Notes: generated from the sequence alone by a model not told the origin. DNA of 63,999 nt, filler included, from Bigelowiella natans CCMP2755 (GCA_000320545.1; 9 parts of 9 records of this genome joined end to end with filler, not necessarily neighbours in it), one strand, 5' to 3'. Counted from the whole stretch's first letter, positions 37,921-51,591 are shown. Translations and numbers: made by a program.

Positions 37921-39538
37921 ATGGATCTCGTTCGCGAAACTGCAGCGAGGCGCAAAAGACAAACCGCCGCCTCCGAGGGAAAGAGTCGGCAGAACGCTGC
38001 TGGCGGTGGGAGAACATTAGGAAGTAAACGGGCTATGGAGAGAGACTCCGGTCATACTAATCAGGATCAGAACAATAACGGAAACAGAGCTAAAAGAGGT
38101 ATCCTAAAGCTAACAGGAATTCTGTTGTAAAATCGTGGATCTCAGTGCTGTTGTGTCACACGTAGGCCGTGAGAGTAGTGATAAAGATGCGAGAAGCGGA
38201 CAACTTTCAATGGCCCCGATTTTCAACCAAGCAAGCAATCGTCGTCGCAAATCTGATTTTGCCCAATCGCAGAAGAGAACTGGACCACCCAAAAACGCGC
38301 GGACTCATCCCTCCGGGAGTCGGGAGAAGGAAGAAGGGTTATTAGGTAGTACTTGTGCGCGGGTCGAGCAACAGAAAGAAACGACAACGAGAATCGAGAA
38401 AAGTGGAAATCCCAGTCACCGTGAAACCAAAACTAAGAAGAAGAAGAAGAAGAAGGAAGCAGGTTTGAAGTCTCTCCATACCGCATTTTTGGCTCGTAAT
38501 ACTTAGCGCGCGTTGTGTCGTTTCATTGGTGCTAAAGGTTGCTTCTCAGGGGCGGTGATCACTGCGATCTCATGGAATCTGGCGGAATGTACTCCTTCAA
38601 AGGTCGCTCCGGATTGGTGATACCTAATCTGATGTAAGATACAAAGAGTGGGAGAACTCCCCCCCCGCCCCACCCCTCCCCCTAGCGTATCCTTATGGGA
38701 CGTCGTATGTGTAACTGTCACAAGGTGGAGCTCAAGCGAGTCCAAAGCATCCGTCGCCAGCATTATTTCGTCCAAAAAGTACAAACATAACAAAGAATGA
38801 ACTTAGCCTCGTCGTCGCTTCGACCACCCACACGCTCACAAGCTGTCTATCGGTGCAGGCCTATCATCGTGGCACTGCAGGAGGCTCCAGAAGACCTGTT
38901 TCTAGCGCTGAATCATGATTATAAGCTTGTCGGCAAAACTAAAAGCCACGCCCCAGGGGTTGTTTGCTTTGTGAGAATTGATAAAGATACAAATGTGCAT
39001 CCGTAGCTTGACACCAACCACCTCCTCCTTCTGCGGGTTAATCCCGATCCTATTACTCTCCCTCCTCGCTCTTTGCACGCCTGCTATGATTCCCTGCTAT
39101 TTCCTGAGAAATGACGGTGGGGCAACGACGCCACACTACTTATATGCATCGCCTGATGAGGTAGGCTCTCGCTTGCCTACAAAATTACTGATCGCCCCCT
39201 GCTGCTGTTATCTCGTCGTTATGCGAAAACGCTTGGCAGGTGGTCATGCTTCTTATACGGAAGGACATCGATTGGGAGCCAGAGACGACATTGGTGGGAC
39301 CGAGCGCGTTTGGGCGTGCGCGACGCTGTCACTTACACTCATACCACTGCTGCGGCTTCTAACCCCCCCCCACCCCCCGCCGCCCCCCATCTTCGCTTTC
39401 CTGACTCTTCCTCTTTTTCGGGTGCTCTCGCACAATTGAGGGGAGTGGAAAGAAGACGTAGAAGAAGAAGAAGAAGAAGAAGAAGAAGAAGAAGAAGAAT
39501 AGGGGAGGCTCCTACATTGTCAAATTGAACTACTACTA

Positions 39539-39572
<34 letters not shown>

Positions 39573-40487
39573 CACTACAACTGCTAGATCTCTTACTTCT
39601 TCTGATCATGTCAGATCGGGGGCCCTGTGGTTGCATGCAGGATACTAGTCGCAGGGCTCAGACTGGGGGTCGCCAGCGTGCATCTCGCCCCATTCAAACA
39701 GAACGCCGGAGTGCGCAACGAGCAGATGTGCGACGTCATCAAGGCCCTCCCCCGCGGAATCATCCTCGGCGATACGAACATGAGAGCGGCGGAGGGCAAC
39801 AAGTACCAAGGTTTGGCCGTTTTACAAAAACCTTTTTTTGGTCATCGTGCTGAACCCATGGAGAGGCGGTTTGCTTCTTCGGGTGCTGTCATGATGGAAA
39901 ATGCTCGCTGCTGTAGGGGGAAATACGCCCGTGTGCTGAATTTTACCGGTAGGTTTATTGGACGCTTGGAAGGGTGTTGGCAAGCCTGTGGGACAAAGAT
40001 ATACGTGGGACTCGCACAAGAACTGGTGAGCGCGCTCCTGTGCTCATTTTGCACTGGATGGAGACGGCGGCACATTCAAATGGGGGCAAACACCGATGAT
40101 TTTGCAGTAGTAGTAGTAGTAGTACAATTAAGGTGTCGCGAGTGTGTGTACACATTATATGTGCTCCTTCCTCTGTTTAATGCCTCAATCCATCATCCAT
40201 CCAACGTTGCTTCCATGGAGTTAGCACGCTAGGCTTCTTGGCGCATTCTTTTCGACACGTTTCGATTATATTCAGAGAGTTGTTCTTGCATTCATCGTAG
40301 GTATCATGGTTCGCAGGCCTTTCGATTCACTTGCCGTTTCGACCGCGCCTACGCAGACCAAGAGCTACTGAAGCCGCGTTCCTTTGAGCTGATAGGATCT
40401 GAACCAATAATGGGAAACGGCCATCATTTTCTGTCGGATCATTTTGGATTTGCGGCTACGTGGACGATAAAGCCGAAATCGAAATGA
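37921..40487 (+). CDS. Endonuclease/exonuclease/phosphatase (EEP) family protein, TDP2-like
   Basis: Motifs in order across exons: AISWNL, IIVALQE, VASVHL, IILGDTN, RFDR, FLSDHFG; TGA at 40485-40487. Start codon tentative. Confidence 0.82.
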
Positions 40488-41091
40488 TGATGATGATGAT
40501 GATGCATCGTGTGCGTATACGTTTTTTTGTGTGTTCGCTCATCAAAGCTAAATTAATTAAATGGCAAGTGTGCATTGATCTGTGCCAAAAATCGCATCGC
40601 ATCGCTCCTTTATACTTTCTATACCTCCCGGCGACCATCAGCATTTCACGCACACACACATGCATGTGCAACACGCGCCTGTGGCAGCGTGCTGCCAGGT
40701 ACGGCATTGGCATGTGCGTGGAACATGCGAACGACAGCTATTTCCTCCGCGGGTCATCGCAAATGTGGCCTACAGGCGCACGCATTCGTATTGAATATGC
40801 GCGTACGAACTTCTGCGTATACGAATAACGCTCTGTCTGATTTCGAAGCAGTCACTCTAGCACATGTCGACGCGATTTATCTTTTACGCGTTGTTGATGT
40901 TACTAAATGTAGGTCGTTTCCCATCATATATATATTGTCGCTCCGGTTCCTTGATTATTTCCCTTCTTCTGCCTAGCTGTGCACGGGTACAACTAGACAT
41001 GAAAGTTGGTGCGAAGGAAAAAACATTTCTGGACAACTTAGTAAATGTCCCTGACTGAATTGTTCAAAACCTTCTAGCCTTCCCTGGAATA

Positions 41092-43276
41092 CTAGGCCTT
41101 GAAGCCATCCCCGCTTCCAAATGTGAATGCTTCTTCGACAGCCGCCTCGCCGGACCCCCTCACTACGCAAGCCTGGGCCCCTTTACGGATGGCTTCCTCA
41201 TCCAAATTCTTACCGATAAAAATCATTCGAGAGATCCTTTTCTCCCCGACCTTCCACTCATCTGTGGGTTCCCCGCCGAGAAGCATGTGGACGGCCTGGC
41301 AGCGTATCATTTCAGAATAAACGGCGGTAACGAGGTCAACGGACGACAATGCGATGAGTGGTGTTGCATAATGCGGTGATGGTAGGTAGGAAGGTCTGAA
41401 GCCGTGCAAATATGGCTGGTTACCTGGAATACGAACTTCGTGCTCATCCCGTTTATGGCTACGACCCCCTTGCTTCTGTAGAGATCGGCACCCTTGTTCT
41501 TCATCATGTACTGGATGAAATCGTTGAACCTAGCATAGGAATTAATTTTATGTGAGTGTATAATAACAAACGTATTAATTTGTACACTATAATATACAAA
41601 AGTGTGTGTGTAAGTAAGTGTGTGTGTGTGCGTATTTTTCAGATTCAGTTGATCGACCAGAGCACTCAACTCTCATGGCGTTACGAATGAATATATACTT
41701 GTCCATTGAAAGTTCTCCATCGAGTACGACACCAACAGAAGACACGGAGTTATCATGCTCGTGTTCTTGGTCAAAGTTCAGGAATTCCTCGTCATTCGCC
41801 ATTACGCGATCCAAGGTGAAGCTCGCAATATCAGTGATCTTGGTCAGGTCCACACGCGAGTATTTCGTTTCGATCATCTTGGTGGACGCATTAATTCCTT
41901 TGATGCGACTTTTGACTTTCTTTACGTGCTCTGCGTCGACGAGATCTACCTTGTTCAGCAGGACAACGTCGGCAAATGCTACTTGCTCAACTGCCTCGTT
42001 CTCGCCCTGCTTCTCCTCATCAAGTCGCTGCAGAATCCACTTACAGTCTACCACAGTGATTATAGCATCGATGCGGAAGCTGTTATTCACCTTGTCGTCC
42101 GCGAAAAACGTCTGTGCAACCGGTGCAGGATCGGCCATGCCGGTCGTCTCGATTATCACCCCGTCGAGCGATTTTCCATTCTCAATCATTGCAGATATTT
42201 TGTGGAGGGTTTTGACCAGGTCTCCGCGGACAGTGCAACAGATGCAGCCATTGTTCATCTCGATGATATCTTCCTCATCCTTGAACTTGTTGCGGATCAG
42301 CGCATCATCCACGCCCACAGCACCGAATTCGTTTTCGATCACGGCGTACTTCTTCTCTTTCTGCTCGCGGAGGATGTAATTGAGCAGAGTCGTCTTTCCG
42401 GAACCTAGGAATCCCGTGAGAATAGTCACCGGAGTCTTGGCCATCTCAGTATCTTTCTTCGCCTTGATCTTCTTCTCGACCGACTGATGGAAATTCGCGA
42501 TGTAGTCCTTCATGTCTTTGTAGACTATGTTCTTCGGTGCGAGTTCATGAGCCCTCGTTGCATCTGCTAGAGCAGCACTGGGCGCCCCAAAATCAAGGAG
42601 ACAAAGCGCTCTCAAGGAATGGGTATGGGCGAGAAGCTTATCTTTGTCTTTTAACTCTGACTTTTGGAGAAGAGCCATCGCGCGACCCGCGTTTGCAGCA
42701 GCAGACCCGGAACGCTCGGTGGTCAGTTCCAGCATTGATTTGATGGCGAAAAGGCTCCAGCAGCTGACTGGAAGCTTCTTCAAGGCTGCAACAGCACTTG
42801 CTGTGTCATTCTCCTTCTCAGTCCAACCGTTGTCTACGAGGGTTTTGAAGATGTCTTGAGGGTTCCTTCCTTTCAGGGAGAGGTCGGGATGGTGAAACAT
42901 GTAAATCGAACGCTCCATCTCGCCGAAATCCAAACTTTCATCTGCCTTAATGATTTTCTCATCTGTGTCCTCGCTGACGGTAAATGGCTTCCCACTCGAA
43001 AGCTCGACCTGAAAGAACATCAACTGTCAGGACCAATGCGCCTTGTGAGCTACATGTAGTCACCTGATAGGCCGGCTCTCCTTCGTCTTTACCGACAGCA
43101 GTGATCACGCCGTACCACCAATCATCCTCGTCCACCTTTCCGACGAAACAACTCACCTTCGTTCCCACGGAGTACCTGTATTTGCTCGTTTTCATTCGTT
43201 TTGATGGTGGAGCCGGGGCCGTGCTCATGTTATCTGGAATCGAATTGATGAAACTATTAAGATCGTACATGTCCAT
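41092..43276 (-). CDS. COG0523/CobW-family metal-chaperone GTPase with N-terminal beta-barrel-like and TPR-like extension
   Basis: PVTILTGFLGSGKTT, VIENEFG, GCICCTVRGDL, IIETTGMADP, NKVD, and CobW_C motifs LYRSKG..KFVFQ/AVH..SRMIFIGKNLD; about three short introns. Confidence 0.93.
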
Positions 43277-43819
43277 AGCTATTCTGCCAAAGGACGGGGT
43301 TTTCTCCTCTGCGACTCCTTCCGAGGAAAATTCAAGGACAAATTTACAGGCGATTATTCTCGGAAACTTGCAGCCGTTGCGCCTCTGGGATTCGGATTTG
43401 GACTAAGACATAGTTGGCCTTCGCACTCGCAGCGCCCTAAAAGAATGCGACGTAACAAGAAATGCAAGCAATTTTCATGCCTACGACAAAACCCTCGAAA
43501 CGCACACATCAAAATAGTTCCAAGTCCTTCGAAACACATACTCGTACATCAATAAGTCTAGTCAACTAGTCAAAATAGTTCTAAGTCCTTGTCGCAGACA
43601 CCAAACGACATGCGAGATCCTATAGGAAACCCTTGTGTGTTGGACTCTGAATTTCTTCTTCTAAATTGTTGTCGCAGCGCGGATTCCACATCTGTTTTTC
43701 AAGGCGTCACAGGCGTCACCTGGTATGACGCCGTGATTGCACCCGGGCTTGCGCGTCATTCTCCTTACCTTTTTTCATTTCTTTTCCCACCTAATTACAA
43801 CCCAAAAGTGCCAGAGGCC

Positions 43820-45646
43820 ATGGGTATGAGCAAGGAATTCCGTATGGTGATCTCTATTGACCTAGGAACCTTTGGATCCGGCTTTGCGATTGGTCACATA
43901 GGCGACGATCAGATCAAGATCGATCAGGGATGGACAGGGGAGAACAGGAAGAGGGTAGGTGAGAAGGTACGCACTGCGATCCTCCTGAAAGAGGAGGAAG
44001 ACGGGCGCCTCGTTACGGTGGAATTCGGTGAGAACGCCACTTTTCAGTACCAAAGGATCCTATTGCAGAAGGCGAGGTCGAAGAGAAGAAAGACTTCCGA
44101 AGTAGATGATAATAACAATGGCCGCTTCTACCTGTTCGACCAGTTCAAGATGAGCCTTTACCAGCCAAATGCGGAAGAAAAATGGGTCAGTCCGAGCATC
44201 ACGGATGTGGCAGGGACAAAACAATTACCTGCTATGGAAGTCATCTCGCGCAGCCTGGGATACCTTGTCGACAAAGCGAAAAGCGTCCTCCGAGCTGATG
44301 CGTACAAGCAGATACACGATAAAATCAAATGGGTCGTAACCATGCCGGCCGTATGGCTAGATGGTGCCAAAGATTTTATGTTAAGGGCTTGCAAAATGGC
44401 TGGAATCCCTGATGATCAGCTCTACCTCTGCCTCGAGCCCGAAGCTGCGGCCATCTGCTGCATCCATGAAGCAAGTGTGCGCCCCATGATTCGAAAGGGA
44501 ACAAGGTACGTTGTTCTTGACATGGGGGGGGGGACGGCCGATGTAACGTGTCATACAGTAGTATGTCCCGATACGATGAGTGTGAAGGAGATTTGTAAGG
44601 TAAGTGGCGACGACTCCGGTTCGTCGTGCATCAACAAGGCCTTCATGGAAGCGTTGGAGAAGCAGGTCGGAACAGAACGTTGGAAGAATTTTCAGAAACA
44701 GTATCCGTTCAGCTACCAGGATCTCGCAGAGAAATTCGAGGTAAAAAAGAAGCAGTTTGATGGCAAATTGGATTCTGTGCAATCGATCTTCCTCAAGCCA
44801 AAACTCGCCGCCTTACTAAACCGGGAGAAAAACAAAGACGACGAAGCTGATGAGAACGAAGCTGAGAATGATGGAAAATGGGACGATCCAGAGTGCACTC
44901 ATATGGAATTTGACAATCAAGAGAATACGCTATCAATTGAAGGTGAATTTATGATTGAACTGCATAGAAAGGTGAGGGATAATCTTTGCAAGCTTCTGTG
45001 CGATCGTCTTCAAAACCCCGCCATGCGTGGCTGTCAGTATGTGCTATTGGCAGGAGGAGCTTCGAGTTCTCCTTATCTCCGGAATAGCATTCAAGAAGTC
45101 GTGAGAAAGATGGACCCTAGAATTCGAGTGTTTCACCCTCTGAACGCCTCCATGGCTATTCTAAAAGGTGCCGTGCTGATCGGAAAGAACCCGTCCCTGG
45201 TCACCAGCCGGAAGTCTCGCTTCAGCTACGCGGCCGGTCGCATGCGCAAGTTTGACGCGAAGATCCACGACGAAAAGAGGGCGATCATGGTCGGCGACAA
45301 AAAGAAGATAATGACGCTCGACATACTTGTTAAAATGGACGAGGATGTAAAGACCGGTGCTGTGATCACACGCGATAAGTTGACCAACGCAACTGAGGGC
45401 ACGAAGGTGTACGAGAGCCTGTACAGATGCACTCGAAACGATGCCACATATACTGACGAGGACGGCGTACAGAAACTTGGAAATGGAGTGGTCATCACTT
45501 TCGACCGTCACTATGAAGCAGAGGAATCTATTTTAGCGGTGAACTACAAATTTGGCGACACGCGCATTGACGTATGTGCTACGCATAAAGATACCAACAG
45601 AATCTTTAAAGGGTACGTTGATTATGGTTTGTCTTTGGACATGTAA
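43820..45646 (+). CDS. Intronless HSPA12-like atypical Hsp70-family ATPase
   Basis: ISIDLGTFGSGFA, FDQFKMSL, IKWVVTMPAVW..AKDFM..A..AGI, LEPEAAAICC, YVVLDMGGGTAD, LLAGG..SSPYL, AILKGAVL; first suitable ATG at 43820. Confidence 0.9.
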   Translation: MGMSKEFRMVISIDLGTFGSGFAIGHIGDDQIKIDQGWTGENRKRVGEKVRTAILLKEEEDGRLVTVEFGENATFQYQRILLQKARSKRRKTSEVDDNNNGRFYLFDQFKMSLYQPNAEEKWVSPSITDVAGTKQLPAMEVISRSLGYLVDKAKSVLRADAYKQIHDKIKWVVTMPAVWLDGAKDFMLRACKMAGIPDDQLYLCLEPEAAAICCIHEASVRPMIRKGTRYVVLDMGGGTADVTCHTVVCPDTMSVKEICKVSGDDSGSSCINKAFMEALEKQVGTERWKNFQKQYPFSYQDLAEKFEVKKKQFDGKLDSVQSIFLKPKLAALLNREKNKDDEADENEAENDGKWDDPECTHMEFDNQENTLSIEGEFMIELHRKVRDNLCKLLCDRLQNPAMRGCQYVLLAGGASSSPYLRNSIQEVVRKMDPRIRVFHPLNASMAILKGAVLIGKNPSLVTSRKSRFSYAAGRMRKFDAKIHDEKRAIMVGDKKKIMTLDILVKMDEDVKTGAVITRDKLTNATEGTKVYESLYRCTRNDATYTDEDGVQKLGNGVVITFDRHYEAEESILAVNYKFGDTRIDVCATHKDTNRIFKGYVDYGLSLDM

Positions 45647-46291
45647 TTAGCCTAAGAGTAAGTCAGTCATAACTTGCCATAGCTCGTAGATAGCAACAGG
45701 CAAAGAGCTGAGCCTGCTTTAGTACTCCCTTCTAGCCTTGACACCGCCACTGATGGTGGCAGAGTCGCTCTATCTAGTACGTGTTTTGACATGATATATA
45801 AGACGGATATATAATGATTTTTTTTCCAATGGTCATCCTAATGTAGCTATGCAAAGCAGCGGCCACAGCGTTTATATTGTGCTTGTTCGTTGCTGCAGTG
45901 ATGTCTTCCAATCTAGCAATGCATGACATACATGCTATGCCTATATGTATCGAATAGATTTATTAGCTTTATGAGGATGAACGATTGGCATTGGTAGCGC
46001 AGCGCAGAGGCTACGCTAAGCATGCAGATGTCTCTCTACCTACAGCGAAAGATTAAGCAGCTAGAGCTAGACAATGCATCCTTGTAGCGCATGTAATATA
46101 AGGATCCAGAAACCTCTAGCTACTGCGGAAAAAGGTGGAAAGTCACAACTATGTTAATTAAAGCTAGAGAGACGCATAATGTGACAAGTTCGATTCGTAA
46201 AAATGCATGCCTTGATGGCAGAGAGCTGTGGCATGCTGCGAGAGCCACAACCCTGACACCCTATGCAACATGGCCACATGCACCCGCCGGA

Positions 46292-46365
<74 letters not shown>

Positions 46366-46504
46366 CTACCACCACTCCAGCTACACGCTGAACAGCTAAA
46401 CATGTAGCGTGCTCTTTCATTCAAAGTCCGAATAGCATCGTGCAAAACATGACTGGATCGTTGTTGTTCCAGCCCTCATTCTACTAACGCAACAATCGAA
46501 ATTT

Positions 46505-47876
46505 TCACTGCATTGCACACTGGTCGCTGAGAGATGTAGCGTGCGCGTCAGCAAATTGCGAGTAAGCCGCAGCAAGGATCTGATCGGCCTCCACCATGCG
46601 CGATCCTACGCCCTCCATCCCGCGTATCCATTCGTCGACCTCCTTCTTCGCGGGGTACTCGTACGCTACGAAACCAGATTCTCCGCTCTCCTCCGCCGTC
46701 GGTCTATGCTCCGCATGCTGCTGCTTCCTTTCCCCCCCCCCCCCTTTGGCATGGCCGTCATGATTGTCACCTTCTTTCTGCTCCTGTAGGTAGTCCGCAA
46801 TCGAGGCCTGGTTGTCCGCAGCCGCCTCTTCTTGCCGCCTTCTCACGCCTTGAGCGAATGAGTAACGATCATGACGTTGACCCTCCCCATCAAACGACGC
46901 AGTGCTGTTGGGAGGAGCTGGTAGCGAGGATGAAGAAGAAGAGTAGTACCCACCATCGGCGATATTGCCCCCCTCCGCCCCCTCATTCGAAACCCCTCTC
47001 CTCCTGACCCCCCGCCTCGTGCTAGGGCTGGAGGAGAAGGATAGCGACGATGACGGGCTCGCAGCAGCAGTCTGACCGTCATCATCCTCATTCCTCAGAC
47101 TGAAGGAGAGTGCCGCGCCCAGAGCAGCCTCATCTTCGGACTCGAGGGCATTGCCTACCCGCTGCAAGGCTTGGGCCTTGGCGTGCACCCTTTTCGTCAC
47201 CCCGCCCAAGAACTGCGAGACTTCGTCGAGGCGCCGGCGGATGTCGCCGGCGGCGGCGCGGTACAGATCGCGCTCCTCCTGGTGCTGCTGAGCCACTTGG
47301 CGACGGCGCTCCGTCTCCGCGCGGCGGTCGGCCTCTCGCTCCTCGGCACACCTCTCGCACTCGCGCTGCAGCCGCGCCACCCGCGCCCGCAGCCTCGCCA
47401 CCTCCCCCTCAAGAACGACCGAGCGCTTCTCGGCGAGCTCCAGCGCCCCCCCGGAGGAATGGCGCCGGCGGATCTCCTTGGTGAGCGCGGCAATTCTCAG
47501 CCGGTCGTCCTCGTGCAGCTTCGCCTTTGCCTGGAGCTGGTAGCGTACGTGCTCGCGGTCGGCTTCTAACAGCTCAGCCTTGTCGCGCATTTGCTGCAGA
47601 CTCCTCTCGGCGGAGGCGCGTGCGATCTCAGCCTTCTTTCGGGCAGACGTGGCTGCTGACAAACGACGCTGCAGCTCTCCGGCCAGGGACGAGTACCTGG
47701 TAGTAGTAGTAGTAGTAGTAGCGGTGGTAGTTTGGAGGGCAGGAAAGGGCGGGAGGGATTTCGTATGGCAATTCGTTAAAAAAAGGGAATCATGGGCGCA
47801 ATCAGTCCCAAAACTGCTATGTCAGGCTCTTCCCCCTCCAAACGATCTCTTCTTTCTCTCCCTCCCTCTTAGATAC

Positions 47877-47914
<38 letters not shown>

Positions 47915-48500
47915 TTCACTGCACGACATGCATGAACGCATGTATGTTACTCTTTGGCTTGGTCAGAAGCCGCCTTGTAGTCGCGGCGAAGCTCCAGTGC
48001 CCTCGTGTGCCACCGCCCCACGTTGACCTCCGCCTCCCGGGCCCGCTCACGCCAAGCAGGGCCATTCACACCTACACCCCCGCCCGCCCGCAGGACGTCA
48101 ATCTCCCTTAACGCGCGCTCCAGGGAAGCTCGCACGAGCGCCTTGCTCGCGCCTTCCTCCCTGACCGCCGCTTGCAGGTGGCGGATGTGTGTCGCCTGGT
48201 CCTGAACGCGAGCCGACAGAGCCGCGATCTGGAGGAGCGGTGGGGGGCGGCGGCCCCTCGTGGGGGCGGTCAGATGGAAGGCGGTCGACGGGGAGGGGGA
48301 TGATGATGATGATGATGAGGAGGAGGTTCTTCCTCCTCTTTCTGTTGCTGCTGCTGCTGATGCTGTTGCTTCGATAACAGCGGTAGTAGGTGCGAGAAGG
48401 TTGCGTGATGGATTCGCTGCAGGGGAGCGCGTACGCATACCCCCGATATTTGCTCTCGGTGCTGCCGTCAAAGCAGAGGCACTGCCGCGTTCTGGTGATG
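46505..48500 (-). CDS. Coiled-coil protein, 5' truncated, at least two exons
   Basis: Long GC-rich ORFs 46505-47697 and about 47950-48500, rich in E/R/A/L with coiled-coil-like composition. Confidence 0.65.
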
Positions 48501-48581
48501 AGGGGGGGTTCTGCGCGTTTGTTAATCTATTATTGTTCCCCGCCCCTCCCCCCCCCCCCGCGTCTCGTCCTCCTGCGTCCT

Positions 48582-48681
48582 NNNNNNNNNNNNNNNNNNN
48601 NNNNNNNNNNNNNNNNNNNNNNNNNTTAATTAATTAANNNNNNNNNNNNNNNNNNNNNNNNNNNNNNNNNNNNNNNNNNNN
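48582..48681. other. Artificial contig spacer
   Basis: 100-bp N run containing TTAATTAATTAA. Confidence 0.98.
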
Positions 48682-49180
48682 TACTACCGATTGCCATCCC
48701 TATCAGGCAAGTTATGGCCAAGGTGCGTCCCGTCCTTGGAAACCACCTCTCCATTGGGCAGCAGCCGCACGTTCTCCCAATTCACCTCGGGGTCACGGAA
48801 CGAAGGCCACCTAGTCGGCAGCAGCAGCAGCAGCGGCAGCGTATTATTAGGGCAAAGCACGCAAGATGATAGTAATCTCGATATTGGCCACGGTAGAGAG
48901 TAGCCCTGATGACGCCGATGGGTGGTAGCTTGTTGTAGCAGCGTGTTGTAGCAGCGTGTACGCGGCAGTAAGGGTATATATGTGTATAATATTTATTTGC
49001 ATGTACTACACACATTCAGCTATGACTACTGAGGGTAGGAATCGCCCGCAACCCCCCCCCCCCCCCCCCCTCCCTCACAAAAGTATTGGTATTGGAGGAG
49101 TCCCCCGGGGGGCCGAATTTTGACGCTCTAGCCCACTCCACCGGGTAAAAAAAAAACTTTGGAAAAAAATCCCCACACAT

Positions 49181-49231
<51 letters not shown>

Positions 49232-49479
49232 CGTACAGATATGGTGGTACCCGTGATCCTTCGATTCGTCAAGAAATTGCTTCCAAGAACGCTCCTTTGG
49301 CGACGTAAAGACCGGATAACCGTAAATGGAGTCGTAGAAGGTGATCGCCTGACCCACGCTCTCGTGCGTCTTGCCGTCATTCGCAAACGTCGTCTGCATC
49401 CAATACCCGGCGAACTCGGCGAAGTGCCTGGTGTTGTGGCCGTTTGTTGCGTTGGTTTTGAGTATAAGCGTCGCTCGGC

Positions 49480-49510
<31 letters not shown>

Positions 49511-49549
49511 CGACGATGATGATGCTTTCCCCCCCCTCCCCTCTCCTCT

Positions 49550-49588
<39 letters not shown>

Positions 49589-49698
49589 CCCCCATCCCCC
49601 CTATACCCTATCTCGCACACATACGATCTTATGTCCATAGAAGGAGTAAGCCTCTGGCATGCAGGCATCAGCCTTATTCTCACCACCACCGCCACCAT

Positions 49699-49729
<31 letters not shown>

Positions 49730-49832
49730 GTCATCGTCGTCGGTGTAGCCTACGACCTGTTGAAGCAGCAGATTCGGTCGGCTGTTTCGTAGTCACATTC
49801 CCACCTGTAGTGCGCGCATACACACGTGTGTG

Positions 49833-49869
<37 letters not shown>

Positions 49870-50235
49870 GTGCAGCCGAACGTTCCAGAGGATTTCCATG
49901 GTGGAAGGCCACACCGACGAAGTCCCACAGCAGCAGCAGCTACCTCAAAGGATTCATCGGCGGTTTCTCGCATGTTCCGTGCGCTTTGGGCTTCATAATC
50001 TCCTCATCGCCTGCAACGGGTTTGATCTTCGCCTTCTTCTTCTTCATCATCTCACCAGCGGCAGCATCGGCAGCAGGTTTATCCGAGCCGGTTGAGGAGT
50101 TTCGTGCGCCAACCGCTCCTGCCTTAGTGAGAATAACAGCTCCTTGGTCGTGTATCCATGCCTGCGTCTGCTTCTCCAACACCTAATAGTAGTAAGTAAG
50201 AAGGTAGATAGGTAGGTAGGTAGTAGTATTAGTAT

Positions 50236-50267
<32 letters not shown>

Positions 50268-50666
50268 ATAGTATACGAAGAGGAGGAGGAGGAGGAGGAG
50301 GAGGAGGAGGAGATGGTTAGAGCGGAGAACATAGCGACAAACAAAGTAGCATCGATCGATCGATCCTTCAACGCGCTATCATCATCTCTGTTTGTGAGTT
50401 TTGCCGCACGAGAATTCTTGCCGGACTAGGAGGAATGATAGCTTCTATAAGCTCCATAACAGGCTCGCCCCGTTCGCACCCCCCCCCCTTCAATTTCTCA
50501 TCACCATTCTCTCAACGACAGCTCTCCCCCCTCTCCCCCCCATTCGCACCCACCAACCTCCTCGCAGTTCTCAGGTGTGAGCCAGACGTCCGGAAAGAAA
50601 GGGCAACCCATCGCGCCGCAGTTGAGGTATGCATGGACACGAGCGTCGCCGAACTTGCGGATGATG

Positions 50667-50706
<40 letters not shown>

Positions 50707-51360
50707 GCTCTCCCTTACACACTTGGTGGAGAAATGCCACATGGGCGCAAATTGTCATCATCATGCCCTCACGTGCTGTCCAAATCAGAAAGCAGTCGAG
50801 GCAACGGCACATTTAGCTAGAGTGTGATAACGGGGTACGAGGAGAGGAGAGGAGAGGAGAGGAGAGGAGAGGGAAAGGGAGATTGTGTGACCTATTCTCC
50901 AAGTCGTAGAGGGAGATGTTTGCTTCCAGCCACGATATGCTCGGTCTGAGCAAGGGATGGGTAGGAGGCGTATGAGAGCGAGGGATTGCATTCTTTCTCT
51001 ATAAATGGTGATGGCGGTGATGATGTTTTAAAGAATAGCGTCCACACCAGCTGCACTGTTCGAAAAATCCACAGTAGCTGTATAGAACGCCTTTATCTAC
51101 TATTCCCCTTCCTCCTCCTCCTCCTCCTCCTCCTTCTACTACTACACCTTATTGAAGAAGTTATATCGCCTTGCTATAGAGGTGTGCCCATCGTAGTGAT
51201 AGTCGTCGTCGAGCACGTCCATGAGTCCTATTATGCCGATAAAACAGTAGCGTCGTCGTAGTCGTCGTCATCGAAGCAGAAGTAGGAGAAGAGAAAGAAG
51301 AAGAGGAAGAAGACACATAGTGATTAAATAATCCATTCAGTCGCAGCTGGCTGGAGAAAG
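48682..51360 (-). CDS. DUF547 domain fused to an MsrB-like (methionine sulfoxide reductase B-like) domain; both ends truncated or uncertain
   Basis: DUF547-type ISLYDLEN and DARVHAYLNCGAMGCP..LTPENCEE/VLEKQTQAWI, spliced in phase to IMKPKAHGT..PLR/WECDYETADRICCFNR/HFAEFAGYW..FYDSIYG..SKDHG/WPSFRDPEVNWENVR..DGTHLGHNLPDRDGNR. Confidence 0.75.
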
Positions 51361-51548
51361 AAGGGGGGGGGGGGGGGGGGGGGAAAGGGCGGTTGTAACT
51401 GCTGAAATTGCGGCGCTGCTTTTTGATGACGGTTTTGGGAGAAAACATGTGAATCGCACAGGGAGGGGGGGGGCTTAAGGACCACCATGAGCTCTACATT
51501 AACGAAACGACAGGGATGAAAATTGGGATCACGTCCTCTATCTCTCAT

Positions 51549-51591
<43 letters not shown>

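Noticed and set aside
41618-42408. Long plus-strand ORFs opposite the CobW gene
   Set aside because: Antisense shadows of a well-conserved coding strand.
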